A stretch of DNA of 64,000 nt from Bacteroidia bacterium. GTDB taxonomy: Bacteria > Bacteroidota > Bacteroidia > SpSt-205. Location of the stretch: contig BPGV01000001.1 in NCBI GenBank assembly GCA_026003215.1, positions 1,178,466 to 1,242,465 on the forward strand. The letters are read 5' to 3'. Shown one piece after another: positions 17,656 through 26,700 of this stretch. The notes beneath the pieces were generated by a model, which saw only the letters and a program-made list of their open reading frames with translations, was not told where the DNA came from and did no database searches. A program made the position numbers and the translations under genes. Position 1 is the first letter of the stretch; every line of letters begins with the position of its first letter.

Positions 17656-19602
17656 ATGCGAGTAAAAAATCGGATAGGGCTGGGCTTAGCCCTTTTAGCA
17701 GGGATAGCCTGCGGCCCCAAAGACCTTATCAACAAAACCAAATACGGCGGGAAAAAGTACGTCAACACCTGTGAGACCTTCAAAAAAGAAGTGCAAGCTA
17801 CCCTTGACGCAAACAACGACCCCGCCACCCTCCGCATAAGTGAGTACGATAATAGCCAGTTTGACCCCACCTTCGTGGAGCCAGGGCAGTTTCTCCAAGC
17901 AAACGATACCCTATATTTCCGTCTGGCCAATGACTTGGAATATGCCAAGTACCTGCAAAAAGGTGTGGCTATTATTGTGCGGGTAGATTATACCACCCCT
18001 GCCCATTTAGCCAATATGGAAAAAGATCCTCAAGGTACCGTTGGGGAGCTTATCATCACAGAAAGCTACTACAAAGCCAACTCGCAGCCCTTCTTTATTT
18101 ATAAGATCCCACTGGGCGGCAGAAAGTTAGACGGGAAGCAAGTCTCGTTGTACTTTTCTGTGGTAAAGTTAGATAAAAAGGGGAAGGTAGTCAAGGTATA
18201 CTGCGACTCACGCAATAAACCTTTTGGACCTGCCGATCCGCCTTGTTGTACTTCGCAGCCATGGGCGCGGGTGCACACAGGCATAAAAGCGGCGTTGCCA
18301 GACCTCCCCATTCGGGATGAGCAATACCGCTATGAGGGATTTGAAGGGACCTTGGACCTCATCTTCCCCATTATGTCCACCAAGTTCAATAAAAAAGAGC
18401 TCACCGATGCTATCCTTCAGTATGTAGCCAAATATGAACAAATGGGCTATCTGGTGCAAAGCATCAAGATTGAGGGGTATGCTTCGCCGGATGGACGGCT
18501 GGAGCTTAACCAGAAGCTCTCCCAAGGCCGGATGGAAGCTGTAGTAGAAGACCTCAAAGAACACTTTGTGAAAAAGATGGGGCGAGATATTCCGATGGAG
18601 GGCATAGGCCGCGGAGAAGACTGGCAACGTTTTGATATACTGGTAAAAACGGCTGACTTTACCGATGAGGAACGGGGACAAATCCTCCAAATAGCGGCTC
18701 AGCCTATCCATGAAGACGATCGCGAAAAGCAACTCCGCAAGCTGCCTTACTGGCCTAAAATCCGCGAAAAAGTACTACCCTTTTGCCGCCATGCCCTGGT
18801 TACTTTTACCTTTACCTACCAACCCGATAAAATGTATGTAGAACGCTACAATGCAGCCCTTCCGCTCTTAGCCCCAGAACTCTATAACATCGCCACTAAA
18901 ACTTTTATCATAAGTCGCTTCCGTCCTGGGGTCAATGCGCGCCAAAATCTTTCTATTCTGAATACCCTCATAGATACCCGGGGCAATCACACCGCTAACC
19001 TCTTGGCCATGCGCTCTACGTATCACTTCGCGCTGAGTGACCTCAAAAGCGCTGTCCGGGACATAGAGGCCGCCGCCGCCTTGGATAAAAATAACCCCAC
19101 CTATAGCCTCGCAGCACTGGCCTATCGTACCCAAGGTATCCAAGAGCTCTCACGCGAGGAAGCCATGCAAATGTTAGAGCGGTATAACGACCTCATCGCG
19201 CGCACTCCGAATGACCGTTCCCTCTACATCAACCGCGCTATCGTGATGGATTATGTGGGCTGGCTCTCGGGCGCTATCGCAGACAATACCAAGGTTATCT
19301 CCGAAGAAGGGCGGCTCGCTATCGCCTACAATAACCGCGGCGTTTCGCTCATGAAAGCTATGCGCCTCCTGGAAGCCGAAGCCGACTTCTTACAGGCTGT
19401 CTCTATTGACCCCAACTTAGCTGAAGCCCACTTTAACTTAGGCTTACTCTACGCGTATAAGGGATATCCCGACAAGGCCGCCCAAAGCTTAGAACGAGCC
19501 TTTACGCTCCAACCCGCCTTCCGGAGCGAGCTGAACGCTAATCCGGTCTTCCGGGTGGTACGCGACCACCCCCGCTTCGGGAAGTTTTCTACGGGTGGGT
19601 GA
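17656..19602 (+). CDS. lipoprotein with OmpA-like domain and C-terminal TPR repeats
   Basis: Lipobox GIAC; IEGYASPDG..N.KLS..R; GEDW; TPR AYNNRG / AHFNLG. Confidence 0.75.
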   Translation: MRVKNRIGLGLALLAGIACGPKDLINKTKYGGKKYVNTCETFKKEVQATLDANNDPATLRISEYDNSQFDPTFVEPGQFLQANDTLYFRLANDLEYAKYLQKGVAIIVRVDYTTPAHLANMEKDPQGTVGELIITESYYKANSQPFFIYKIPLGGRKLDGKQVSLYFSVVKLDKKGKVVKVYCDSRNKPFGPADPPCCTSQPWARVHTGIKAALPDLPIRDEQYRYEGFEGTLDLIFPIMSTKFNKKELTDAILQYVAKYEQMGYLVQSIKIEGYASPDGRLELNQKLSQGRMEAVVEDLKEHFVKKMGRDIPMEGIGRGEDWQRFDILVKTADFTDEERGQILQIAAQPIHEDDREKQLRKLPYWPKIREKVLPFCRHALVTFTFTYQPDKMYVERYNAALPLLAPELYNIATKTFIISRFRPGVNARQNLSILNTLIDTRGNHTANLLAMRSTYHFALSDLKSAVRDIEAAAALDKNNPTYSLAALAYRTQGIQELSREEAMQMLERYNDLIARTPNDRSLYINRAIVMDYVGWLSGAIADNTKVISEEGRLAIAYNNRGVSLMKAMRLLEAEADFLQAVSIDPNLAEAHFNLGLLYAYKGYPDKAAQSLERAFTLQPAFRSELNANPVFRVVRDHPRFGKFSTGG

Positions 19603-19627
19603 GCCTTTCCAGCTTACGCACACACAC

Positions 19628-19660
19628 AAGGGGCTTGGTTTCAAGCCCCTTTTTCTTTTT
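19628..19660 (+). terminator. Rho-independent terminator
   Basis: AAGGGGCTTG-gttt-CAAGCCCCTT followed by a T-tract. Confidence 0.85.
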
Positions 19661-19678
19661 GTTTAGCTTTGCAGAGCC

Positions 19679-20968
19679 ATGGCAGAGACACCACTTTCGG
19701 CGCAAGTGCAGCCGACATTCTTTCCCAAGCACCAACAAGCCCTCTACAAGCGGTTAGAAGACAAACATACCCTCGTAGAGGTAGATGAGTCGGACCCCCT
19801 ACACACGCGCGTAATCCTGAATATGGGGCCTCAGCACCCAGCCACCCACGGCGTTCTGCGCGCCGTACTCCTGTTGGATGGCGAAAAAATCGTCAAAGCG
19901 GTCATAGATATTGGCTACCTCCACCGCGGGATTGAAAAGATCGCCGAGTACAAGACCCCCCAAGAGTTCATGCCCTATACCGACCGAATGGATTACCTCT
20001 CTCCGTATTCTAACAATGTGGCTTTCTGCTTGGCGGTGGAAAAGCTCCTGGGCATAGAGGCCCCTCCCCGCGCCCAATACATACGCACTATCGCCTGCGA
20101 ACTCTCCCGCATCTCTTCCCACCTCCTGTGGCTGGGTACGATGATCATGGACGCGGGCGCCGTCTCTATGTTCCTCTGGACCTTCCGAGAACGGGAGAAA
20201 ATCTATTCCATCTTTGACAAGCTGGCTGGTGTGCGCTTCACCGTAAGCCACTGCCGTATCGGCGGCCTGCAATACGACATTACCGACGAAACCATAGACA
20301 TGATACGCTCTTTTGTAAAGAACTTCTACAGAGAGCTGCGCGACTGGCGAAAGCTCTTAGATAAAAATCCGATATTCCTGCGCCGAGTAGAAGGGATAGG
20401 GGCCATTTCTCGCGAGGAAGCGATCGCTTATGGCTTCACGGGGCCTAACCTGCGAGCCTGCGGCGTACCCTACGACATCCGGCTGTACGAACCCTATCTG
20501 GTGTATGAAGAGTTGAACTTTGAGGTGCCTATCCGTGAAGAAGGGGATATGCTTGCACGCTACTTCGTACGCATGGATGAGATGGAACAAAGCGCCCGCA
20601 TCATTGAGCAGGCCTTGGCGCGACTCCCCGGCGGACCTATCCGCTTAGATAACGCCAAATACGCTTACCCCTCCAAAGACGAAGTGTATTTCTCCATGGA
20701 GGGGATGATACACGACTTTATGATGACGGATGTAGGTCCTTTGGCTCCTGCCGGCACCGAAATTTATCACGCTATTGAAGCCCCCAAAGGCGAACTCGGC
20801 TTTTATATCTACTCCGATGGCACCGGCATCCCCTGGCGCGTGAAAATCAAGTCCCCTTCCTTTGCCAATATCCAAGTCTTAGAAAAGCTACTGGAAGGGG
20901 CCATGATATCCGATGCAGTGCTTTTGATTGGTTCCGTAGATCCTGTCTTAGGCGAAGCCGACAAATAA
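19679..20968 (+). CDS. nuoD: NADH-quinone oxidoreductase subunit D
   Basis: LNMGPQHPATHGVLR, IGYLHRGIEK, DRMDY, EAPKGELG, SVDPVLGEADK. Confidence 0.97.
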   Translation: MAETPLSAQVQPTFFPKHQQALYKRLEDKHTLVEVDESDPLHTRVILNMGPQHPATHGVLRAVLLLDGEKIVKAVIDIGYLHRGIEKIAEYKTPQEFMPYTDRMDYLSPYSNNVAFCLAVEKLLGIEAPPRAQYIRTIACELSRISSHLLWLGTMIMDAGAVSMFLWTFREREKIYSIFDKLAGVRFTVSHCRIGGLQYDITDETIDMIRSFVKNFYRELRDWRKLLDKNPIFLRRVEGIGAISREEAIAYGFTGPNLRACGVPYDIRLYEPYLVYEELNFEVPIREEGDMLARYFVRMDEMEQSARIIEQALARLPGGPIRLDNAKYAYPSKDEVYFSMEGMIHDFMMTDVGPLAPAGTEIYHAIEAPKGELGFYIYSDGTGIPWRVKIKSPSFANIQVLEKLLEGAMISDAVLLIGSVDPVLGEADK

Positions 20969-20994
20969 AGGGCTGCACAAGTACCTCAGACTTC

Positions 20995-22851
20995 ATGTGC
21001 GGGGTAGCGGGATATTTTTTGTGGGGGGAGGCTGAACCGCCAGACCTCCATGTAGCCCTCCACCTACTGGCCCACCGCGGCCCGGATGCAGCCCGCACCT
21101 GGCAATCGCCCCCGGGTTCTGTGGGCTTAGCCCACACCCGCCTAAGCATTTTAGACCTCTCGGAAGCTGCGCATCAGCCCTTGCATCTGGGGGCCACGCA
21201 CCTTGTATATAATGGAGAGATATACAACTTTCGGGAGCTGGCCCAAGAAGGAGGCTTTCCGCTCACCACCCGCAGCGATACCGAGGTCATCCTACATGCC
21301 TATCACCGCTGGGGCGAAAAAGCCTGGGAAAAGCTGGAGGGCATGTTCGCCTTTGCCTTGTATGATGAGGGAGAGCAAGTGCTTTTTTTGGTGCGAGACC
21401 CATTGGGTATCAAGCCGTTGTGGGTGGCGGAGACGGCCTACGGCCTCTACTTTGCCTCCGAACTCAAAGTACTCAAAGCTTGGCTAAAACCCCTCAGCCA
21501 TCGCCCGGAAGCGCTGGCTGAGTTTCTACACCTGGGGTTTATTCCTGCGCCGCATAGCTGGTACCAGCACATTTACAAGGTTTTGCCCGGTGAAGTGTGG
21601 CAGGTCCGTCCCCACCGGGTAGAAAAGCGCTTTTATTACGACCGCACGCGCCTATGGCAGCAGCCTTTGCTAAGCCTTCCTCAGCCGGAGATAGAAGCGC
21701 TCCTGGCAGAAAAACTTCGGCGGGCGGTGCGGGCCCATCTGGTAAGTGATGTGCCTGTGGGGCTTTTCCTAAGTGGGGGCACTGATTCTTCGCTGGTAGC
21801 AGCATTTGCTGCAGAGGAAGGCCATAAGCTTCAAGCCTTCAGCATCGGTTTTGCGGAGGCTTCCTATAACGAGCTACCCTATGCCTGCGAAGTAGCCCGG
21901 ATATTAAGCCTCCCCTTTACAGAGGCTATTTTATCCGCTAAAGAAGCACTAACGCTTATTCCGCGTTTGCCAGAGTGGTTTGATGAGCCCTTTGGCGATG
22001 TGTCGGCGTTGCCTACGTATTTGGTATCCCGATTGGCGTCTCAGTCGGTGAAGGTTGTCTTAGCCGGCGATGGCGGCGATGAACTCTTTTGGGGATACGG
22101 TCGCTATCGGTGGGCGCTGCGGCTTGCGCGAGCCCCATCTTTTTGGCGGACGGGCGGGCAGCTCCTACGCTGGTGGCCCCAAAGCCGCGCCCAACGCGTG
22201 CGTAAGCTGCTTGCCTTACCCACCTCCGCCCTTCCAGAGCATATCTTCTCCCAGGAGGAGTACGCTTTTAGCTGGGGCGAGCTACACCAGCTTTGGGCTG
22301 ATACGCCCACTGAGCCATGGCATACGCCGTTTACCTTGCCTTCCACCCTACCTGAAGCCCAAGCCGCTTGGGACTTCCTCCATTACTTGCCGGATGACCT
22401 CCTCACCAAAGTAGATAGGGCCTCTATGCAGCATAGCCTGGAAGTGCGGGTTCCCCTCTTGGACAAAACCTGGGTAGAGCTGGCCTGGCGGGTGCCTCCT
22501 TCACTCAAAAAGCCTTTACCCGGCGCTCCTCCCCAATATAAGCCTCTTTTGCGCGCGCTGCTGAAACGTTTTTTGCCCGCGTCTTTAGTAGAGCGAAAAA
22601 AGTGGGGCTTTACGCTGCCCCTGGCCCAGTGGCTCCAAGGCCCACTCGCTGATTGGGCCAGAACCTATGCCCATCCCACACATCTTTATCAGGCTTACGG
22701 GCTAAATCCCCCTGAGGTGCGAGCCCTCTGGAGGAAGTTTGAAGCCGGCCAAACGTATTTGGCGGGACGCCTGTGGCTTTTGGCGCAGGCAGGGGTATAT
22801 GCTGAGCGTGAAGCTACGACCCTACCAAGATGTCCCGCAGGCGCAAAGTGA
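20995..22851 (+). CDS. asnB: asparagine synthase (glutamine-hydrolysing) family amidotransferase
   Basis: MCGVAG, HRGPD, NGEIYN, LSGGTDSS, GDGGDELF.GY, KVDRASM..SLEVRVP. Confidence 0.93.
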   Translation: MCGVAGYFLWGEAEPPDLHVALHLLAHRGPDAARTWQSPPGSVGLAHTRLSILDLSEAAHQPLHLGATHLVYNGEIYNFRELAQEGGFPLTTRSDTEVILHAYHRWGEKAWEKLEGMFAFALYDEGEQVLFLVRDPLGIKPLWVAETAYGLYFASELKVLKAWLKPLSHRPEALAEFLHLGFIPAPHSWYQHIYKVLPGEVWQVRPHRVEKRFYYDRTRLWQQPLLSLPQPEIEALLAEKLRRAVRAHLVSDVPVGLFLSGGTDSSLVAAFAAEEGHKLQAFSIGFAEASYNELPYACEVARILSLPFTEAILSAKEALTLIPRLPEWFDEPFGDVSALPTYLVSRLASQSVKVVLAGDGGDELFWGYGRYRWALRLARAPSFWRTGGQLLRWWPQSRAQRVRKLLALPTSALPEHIFSQEEYAFSWGELHQLWADTPTEPWHTPFTLPSTLPEAQAAWDFLHYLPDDLLTKVDRASMQHSLEVRVPLLDKTWVELAWRVPPSLKKPLPGAPPQYKPLLRALLKRFLPASLVERKKWGFTLPLAQWLQGPLADWARTYAHPTHLYQAYGLNPPEVRALWRKFEAGQTYLAGRLWLLAQAGVYAEREATTLPRCPAGAK

Positions 22852-24544
22852 CAGCGCCTCTCTTATCCAAACGAGGGGAAGCAACGATACGCAACGGGCC
22901 ATTTCCTCTGCTGCTGAGGAAGTCTTTTATGAGGGAGAAGGGCAGATCAGAAGCAGCAGCGTACCAGTGGCCATTGGAGGCAAAAATCAAGCGTCCTTCG
23001 TGGAAGGGTTCAGAAAGGAGGGACATGTCCTCTATCAAGAAGCGCGGGGCCTCGTTGGCTGGACCGATAGGTTCCATTTTTTCGCACCAGTGGGCCAGTG
23101 CTGGGGTAAGTTCTGTGGGGGAGAGGAGCGCATCAATCGTATGGCGGGGACGCACGGGCAAGTAGGGTTGGGTGCCTTGGGCGAGTGCTTCTACAAAGGC
23201 GTCCAGTTGGGTAGCGTGGAGGGTAAGCCCCGCTGCTCGGGCGTGCCCCCCAAACTTCTCCAAATAAGGACTGCAGTGGGTATGAAGGACCTCAAAGAGA
23301 GGCACTTCACCTGGGCTGCGGGCTGAGCCCGTGAGGAGTCCGCCTTCTTGGTGGGTGAGTACCACCGCCGGACGGTAGAAGCGTTCCATAAGCTTGGCGG
23401 CTACCAAACCCACGATGCCTTTACTCCACTTCTCTCCGACGACCACCAGAGCCGGCGGAGCCAGCTGGGGATCTTGGAGACTGCCGGGATACGCTTGGGC
23501 TATTTGAGCTAAAGCTTCTTGTAAGGTTTTTTCTTGGAGGCCTTGCCGGTGGCGATTCAGTCGGTCCAAGTAAGCGGCTACTTCTTTAATTTTCTCCGGA
23601 GGTGTGTTACGATGCAAAAGGAAGAGCCCATACCGGGGATGATGCATGCGGCCAGCAGCATTGAGCCGTGGGACAAGTTGGAAAACGATTTGGCGGGCAT
23701 GGCGCAGCTGCCCGGGGATGAAGCCTGCTTGTTCCATGAGGGCCGCTATGCCAGGGTGAGGAACTTTACGCAGGGCTTCCATGCCCAGATAGACAATGGT
23801 GCGATTCTCCCCCAACAGGGGCATCACATCCGCCAGGAGACTAAGGGCAGCCAGCTGAACCCATTGATGTAGCCGCTCCTGCCGGAAATTGTACTTCTGC
23901 ACATACGCTAAAAGAAACTTGAGCACTAAAGCTCCAGCCGATAGATATTTATTCTTGTAAGCGCTATCCGAACGCCAAGGATTAATGAAAGCGGAGACGG
24001 GAGGGGGCTGGTCGCTCGGCCCTATCTCATGGTGATCTAATACAATCACAGGTATCTCTGCACGCTCCAGACGAGCCAGCTTGGTACCTTCCTTAGTGCC
24101 ACAGTCTACGGTGATGAAGAGGCCATATTTTTTTTCTATGGCTTGCTGAATAGCTTTTTCAGAAACGCCATAGCCTTCGGTGAAGCGGTCAGGTAGATGT
24201 AAAAAATACTGCTTATGGCCGGCTTCTTCCAAAAAATCTCCCAAGAGTGCGGCGGCGGTGGTTCCATCCACATCATAATCGCCGGCGATGTAGATAGCGC
24301 GGCCTTCGTGGAGGGCGGTATGGAGGAGGGTAAGGGCTTTGTCTATGTCCGGCAAGTCCAAAGGTTCTTCCAGCTTGTCCCATGAGGGATTGAAGTAAGC
24401 TTCTATGTCGGTAGGGGAAGTAAGTCCCCTACGGCTTAGCACAGCAAGCACGGCCATAGGGATAGCCCCGACTCCTGGGGAGAAGGTCCACTCAGGCGGA
24501 GAGGCCAGCTGCCATTCCGCAAAAAGACCGGAGAAAGTTTGCAT
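22814..24544 (-). CDS. recJ: single-stranded DNA exonuclease RecJ
   Basis: GDYDVDG, DRFTEGYG, TVDCG, LDHH, PRLNAAGR, GSARS, FGGHARAAG. Confidence 0.93.
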   Translation of the reverse strand: MQTFSGLFAEWQLASPPEWTFSPGVGAIPMAVLAVLSRRGLTSPTDIEAYFNPSWDKLEEPLDLPDIDKALTLLHTALHEGRAIYIAGDYDVDGTTAAALLGDFLEEAGHKQYFLHLPDRFTEGYGVSEKAIQQAIEKKYGLFITVDCGTKEGTKLARLERAEIPVIVLDHHEIGPSDQPPPVSAFINPWRSDSAYKNKYLSAGALVLKFLLAYVQKYNFRQERLHQWVQLAALSLLADVMPLLGENRTIVYLGMEALRKVPHPGIAALMEQAGFIPGQLRHARQIVFQLVPRLNAAGRMHHPRYGLFLLHRNTPPEKIKEVAAYLDRLNRHRQGLQEKTLQEALAQIAQAYPGSLQDPQLAPPALVVVGEKWSKGIVGLVAAKLMERFYRPAVVLTHQEGGLLTGSARSPGEVPLFEVLHTHCSPYLEKFGGHARAAGLTLHATQLDAFVEALAQGTQPYLPVRPRHTIDALLSPTELTPALAHWCEKMEPIGPANEAPRFLIEDMSLLSEPFHEGRLIFASNGHWYAAASDLPFSLIKDFLSSRGNGPLRIVASPRLDKRGAVTLRLRDILVGS

Positions 24545-24557
24545 CCCAGAGAATAGG

Positions 24558-26270
24558 TTAGAGAGAGAAAGAAGCCGAACGGGACAGCTGATAGCGAAAT
24601 CCTATAATCAAGATATCATCTGTTTGCGGAATATCTCCCTTCCATTCACGCAAGCGCTGCTCCAAAACCTTGCTTTGTTCGTGGAGGGGCAAGCGATGCA
24701 CCTCATCTATAAGCTCATAGAAGCGCCGCGTACCCATGCGGGGGCGTTCTTGGCCTTCTTGGTCCGGGTAGCCGTCCGAGAATAGGAAAAACATATCCCC
24801 TGGCTGGGGGCGGATACGATGAGACTGAAAAGGTACATTTCTGAAGAGTTCGGGGTCATCGGCGATAGCGCGGGGCGTAGGCGGTATTTCCTGTCTTTGT
24901 CCTCCGCTATAATGGAGCACAGGACGCTTAGCCCCTGCGACAAATACCTCGCCACTCTGAAGGTCTATCTGCACAACAGCCATCTCGGCGCCATCTTGGA
25001 TGACCTCGCCTTGGGATTGGGATTGGAGCTTCTCTCGCACTTGCGCATCTACCACTTGCAAGATCCCGGCCGGGTCAGATACGCCCATTTCATTGACGGC
25101 GTAGCTAAGCGCATTGCTTACCAGCACACTCATGAAAGCCCCCGGAACCCCATGCCCCGTGCAGTCCACAGCCGCCAAATAAACATAACGGCCTCCTTGC
25201 TCACTAAACCAGTAAAAATCTCCGCTAACCACCGCTTTTGGTAGATACAGAATAAAGCTTTCGGGCAAGTGATAGCGAATAATCTCTTCGCTGGGTATGA
25301 GAGCTCGTTGTATGCGCCGGGCGTAAGCGATGCTATCCTCCAGTTCCTTTTTCTGCTCTAAGATGGTGTGATAAAGAGCGGCATTTTCCAAGGATATGGC
25401 CAACTGGCTGGTAAGAGTTTGCAAAGTATTTTGTATTTCACGCTGCTCCCGCAGAAAATCTACAACCTCGCTGCGCTCAAGCACGACATATCCTAAGTCT
25501 CTGGCACTTTGTTGGAGTCGGATGGGTGCGACGAGTATGTTCGCATTTTCCTCCAGCATGGTCTGCTCAATAGCTTCTTGGATTTCCACACGCAGTTGGC
25601 GGGCTTTTTCGGGGTCGGCGTATGCGTCTAAGACCTGTACTTGTATTTTTTTGGCATAGGCGCTTAGGGCATTAGCCATAGCTTGGAGGCTTATACCTTG
25701 CTGAGGATAATCTATGGCGATTTTCGCCGAAGTGAAGCCTACCGTTTCCGCCAGACTTTCAAAATACTTTTCTATGAGCTTATTAATCTCCCGCTCACCG
25801 GAGAGTTTTTGGGTGAGGTTATTGATATCCCGCAGGAGGCGTGTGTACATTTGCAAGCGGATTTTTTGGAGGTAGGCTTCGGCGGCTTCTTCCACGGTAA
25901 GCATGAGGTCATCTTCGCGCCAAGGCTTCATGACATAGCGATAGAGGCGCGCGTGGTTGATAGCGTTTCGCACTGCATCTAAGGTAGCTTGCCCAGTGAG
26001 CAAAATCTTATAGGCTTCGGGGACTTTTTTATGCGCAGCGATAAGAAACTCATCCCCTTTCAGGCCGGGCATGAGCTGGTCAGAAATGATTACCGCTATA
26101 TCCTGATTGTCCGTTTGAATCTCCTCTATCAGTTCCAACGCCTCCTCGCCTCCTTGGGCTACCTCACACTCAAAGCGCTCACCTAACCGATTAAGGACCT
26201 GCTCCTGTAGGCTATCTAAGATGATTTTTTCATCATCTACGCAGAGGATTACAGGCTTCTTGATAGGCAT
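24558..26270 (-). CDS. response regulator with GAF-like region and SpoIIE/PP2C phosphatase domain
   Basis: REC ILCVDDE..ISDQLMP; YARRIQRAL; VSGDFYW; DCTGHGVPGAFMS; DGAE; FSDGY; TDDILIIG. Confidence 0.92.
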   Translation of the reverse strand: MPIKKPVILCVDDEKIILDSLQEQVLNRLGERFECEVAQGGEEALELIEEIQTDNQDIAVIISDQLMPGLKGDEFLIAAHKKVPEAYKILLTGQATLDAVRNAINHARLYRYVMKPWREDDLMLTVEEAAEAYLQKIRLQMYTRLLRDINNLTQKLSGEREINKLIEKYFESLAETVGFTSAKIAIDYPQQGISLQAMANALSAYAKKIQVQVLDAYADPEKARQLRVEIQEAIEQTMLEENANILVAPIRLQQSARDLGYVVLERSEVVDFLREQREIQNTLQTLTSQLAISLENAALYHTILEQKKELEDSIAYARRIQRALIPSEEIIRYHLPESFILYLPKAVVSGDFYWFSEQGGRYVYLAAVDCTGHGVPGAFMSVLVSNALSYAVNEMGVSDPAGILQVVDAQVREKLQSQSQGEVIQDGAEMAVVQIDLQSGEVFVAGAKRPVLHYSGGQRQEIPPTPRAIADDPELFRNVPFQSHRIRPQPGDMFFLFSDGYPDQEGQERPRMGTRRFYELIDEVHRLPLHEQSKVLEQRLREWKGDIPQTDDILIIGFRYQLSRSASFSL

Positions 26271-26279
26271 AGCGTAGGC

Positions 26280-26696
26280 TTAAGCAAGCCCGAGTTTTTT
26301 TAGGGCGTTATTGACATAGTTGATGAGGTCTTCTTCACGCCAAGGCTTACGAATATAGGCATAGAGGTTAGCATTTTGGAAGGCATTTTCCACGGCTTCG
26401 GGGTCCGCTTGGCCGGTAAGCATGATAGTGACCGTTTCGGGATACTTTTGGTGCAGCTCAATCAAGAAGGTATCCCCTTTCACCCGGGGCATCAGCCAGT
26501 CCGAAATGACCAATACCATCTCATAGCCCTGCGATACGAGGTCTTCAATCACTTCCCAGGCTTCATCCACGCTCTCGGCAATCTCGTATTCAAACTGATC
26601 GCCAAAAGTAGCCCGAAGCTGCTCCTGCAAGCTGTCTAATACAATTTTTTCATCATCCACGCAGAGAATGGCTCGCTTGACTTTCTTCTCTTCCAT
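26280..26696 (-). CDS. single-domain response regulator
   Basis: ILCVDDE, ISDWLMP, MLTGQA, KPW. Confidence 0.93.
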   Translation of the reverse strand: MEEKKVKRAILCVDDEKIVLDSLQEQLRATFGDQFEYEIAESVDEAWEVIEDLVSQGYEMVLVISDWLMPRVKGDTFLIELHQKYPETVTIMLTGQADPEAVENAFQNANLYAYIRKPWREEDLINYVNNALKKLGLA

Positions 26697-26700
26697 AAGC

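Noticed and set aside
22739-23326. 195-aa + strand ORF
   Set aside because: It lies antisense within recJ.
26200-26690. Similar DNA segments near 26220 and 26640 as a repeat element
   Set aside because: They are explained by paralogous REC-domain coding sequence.
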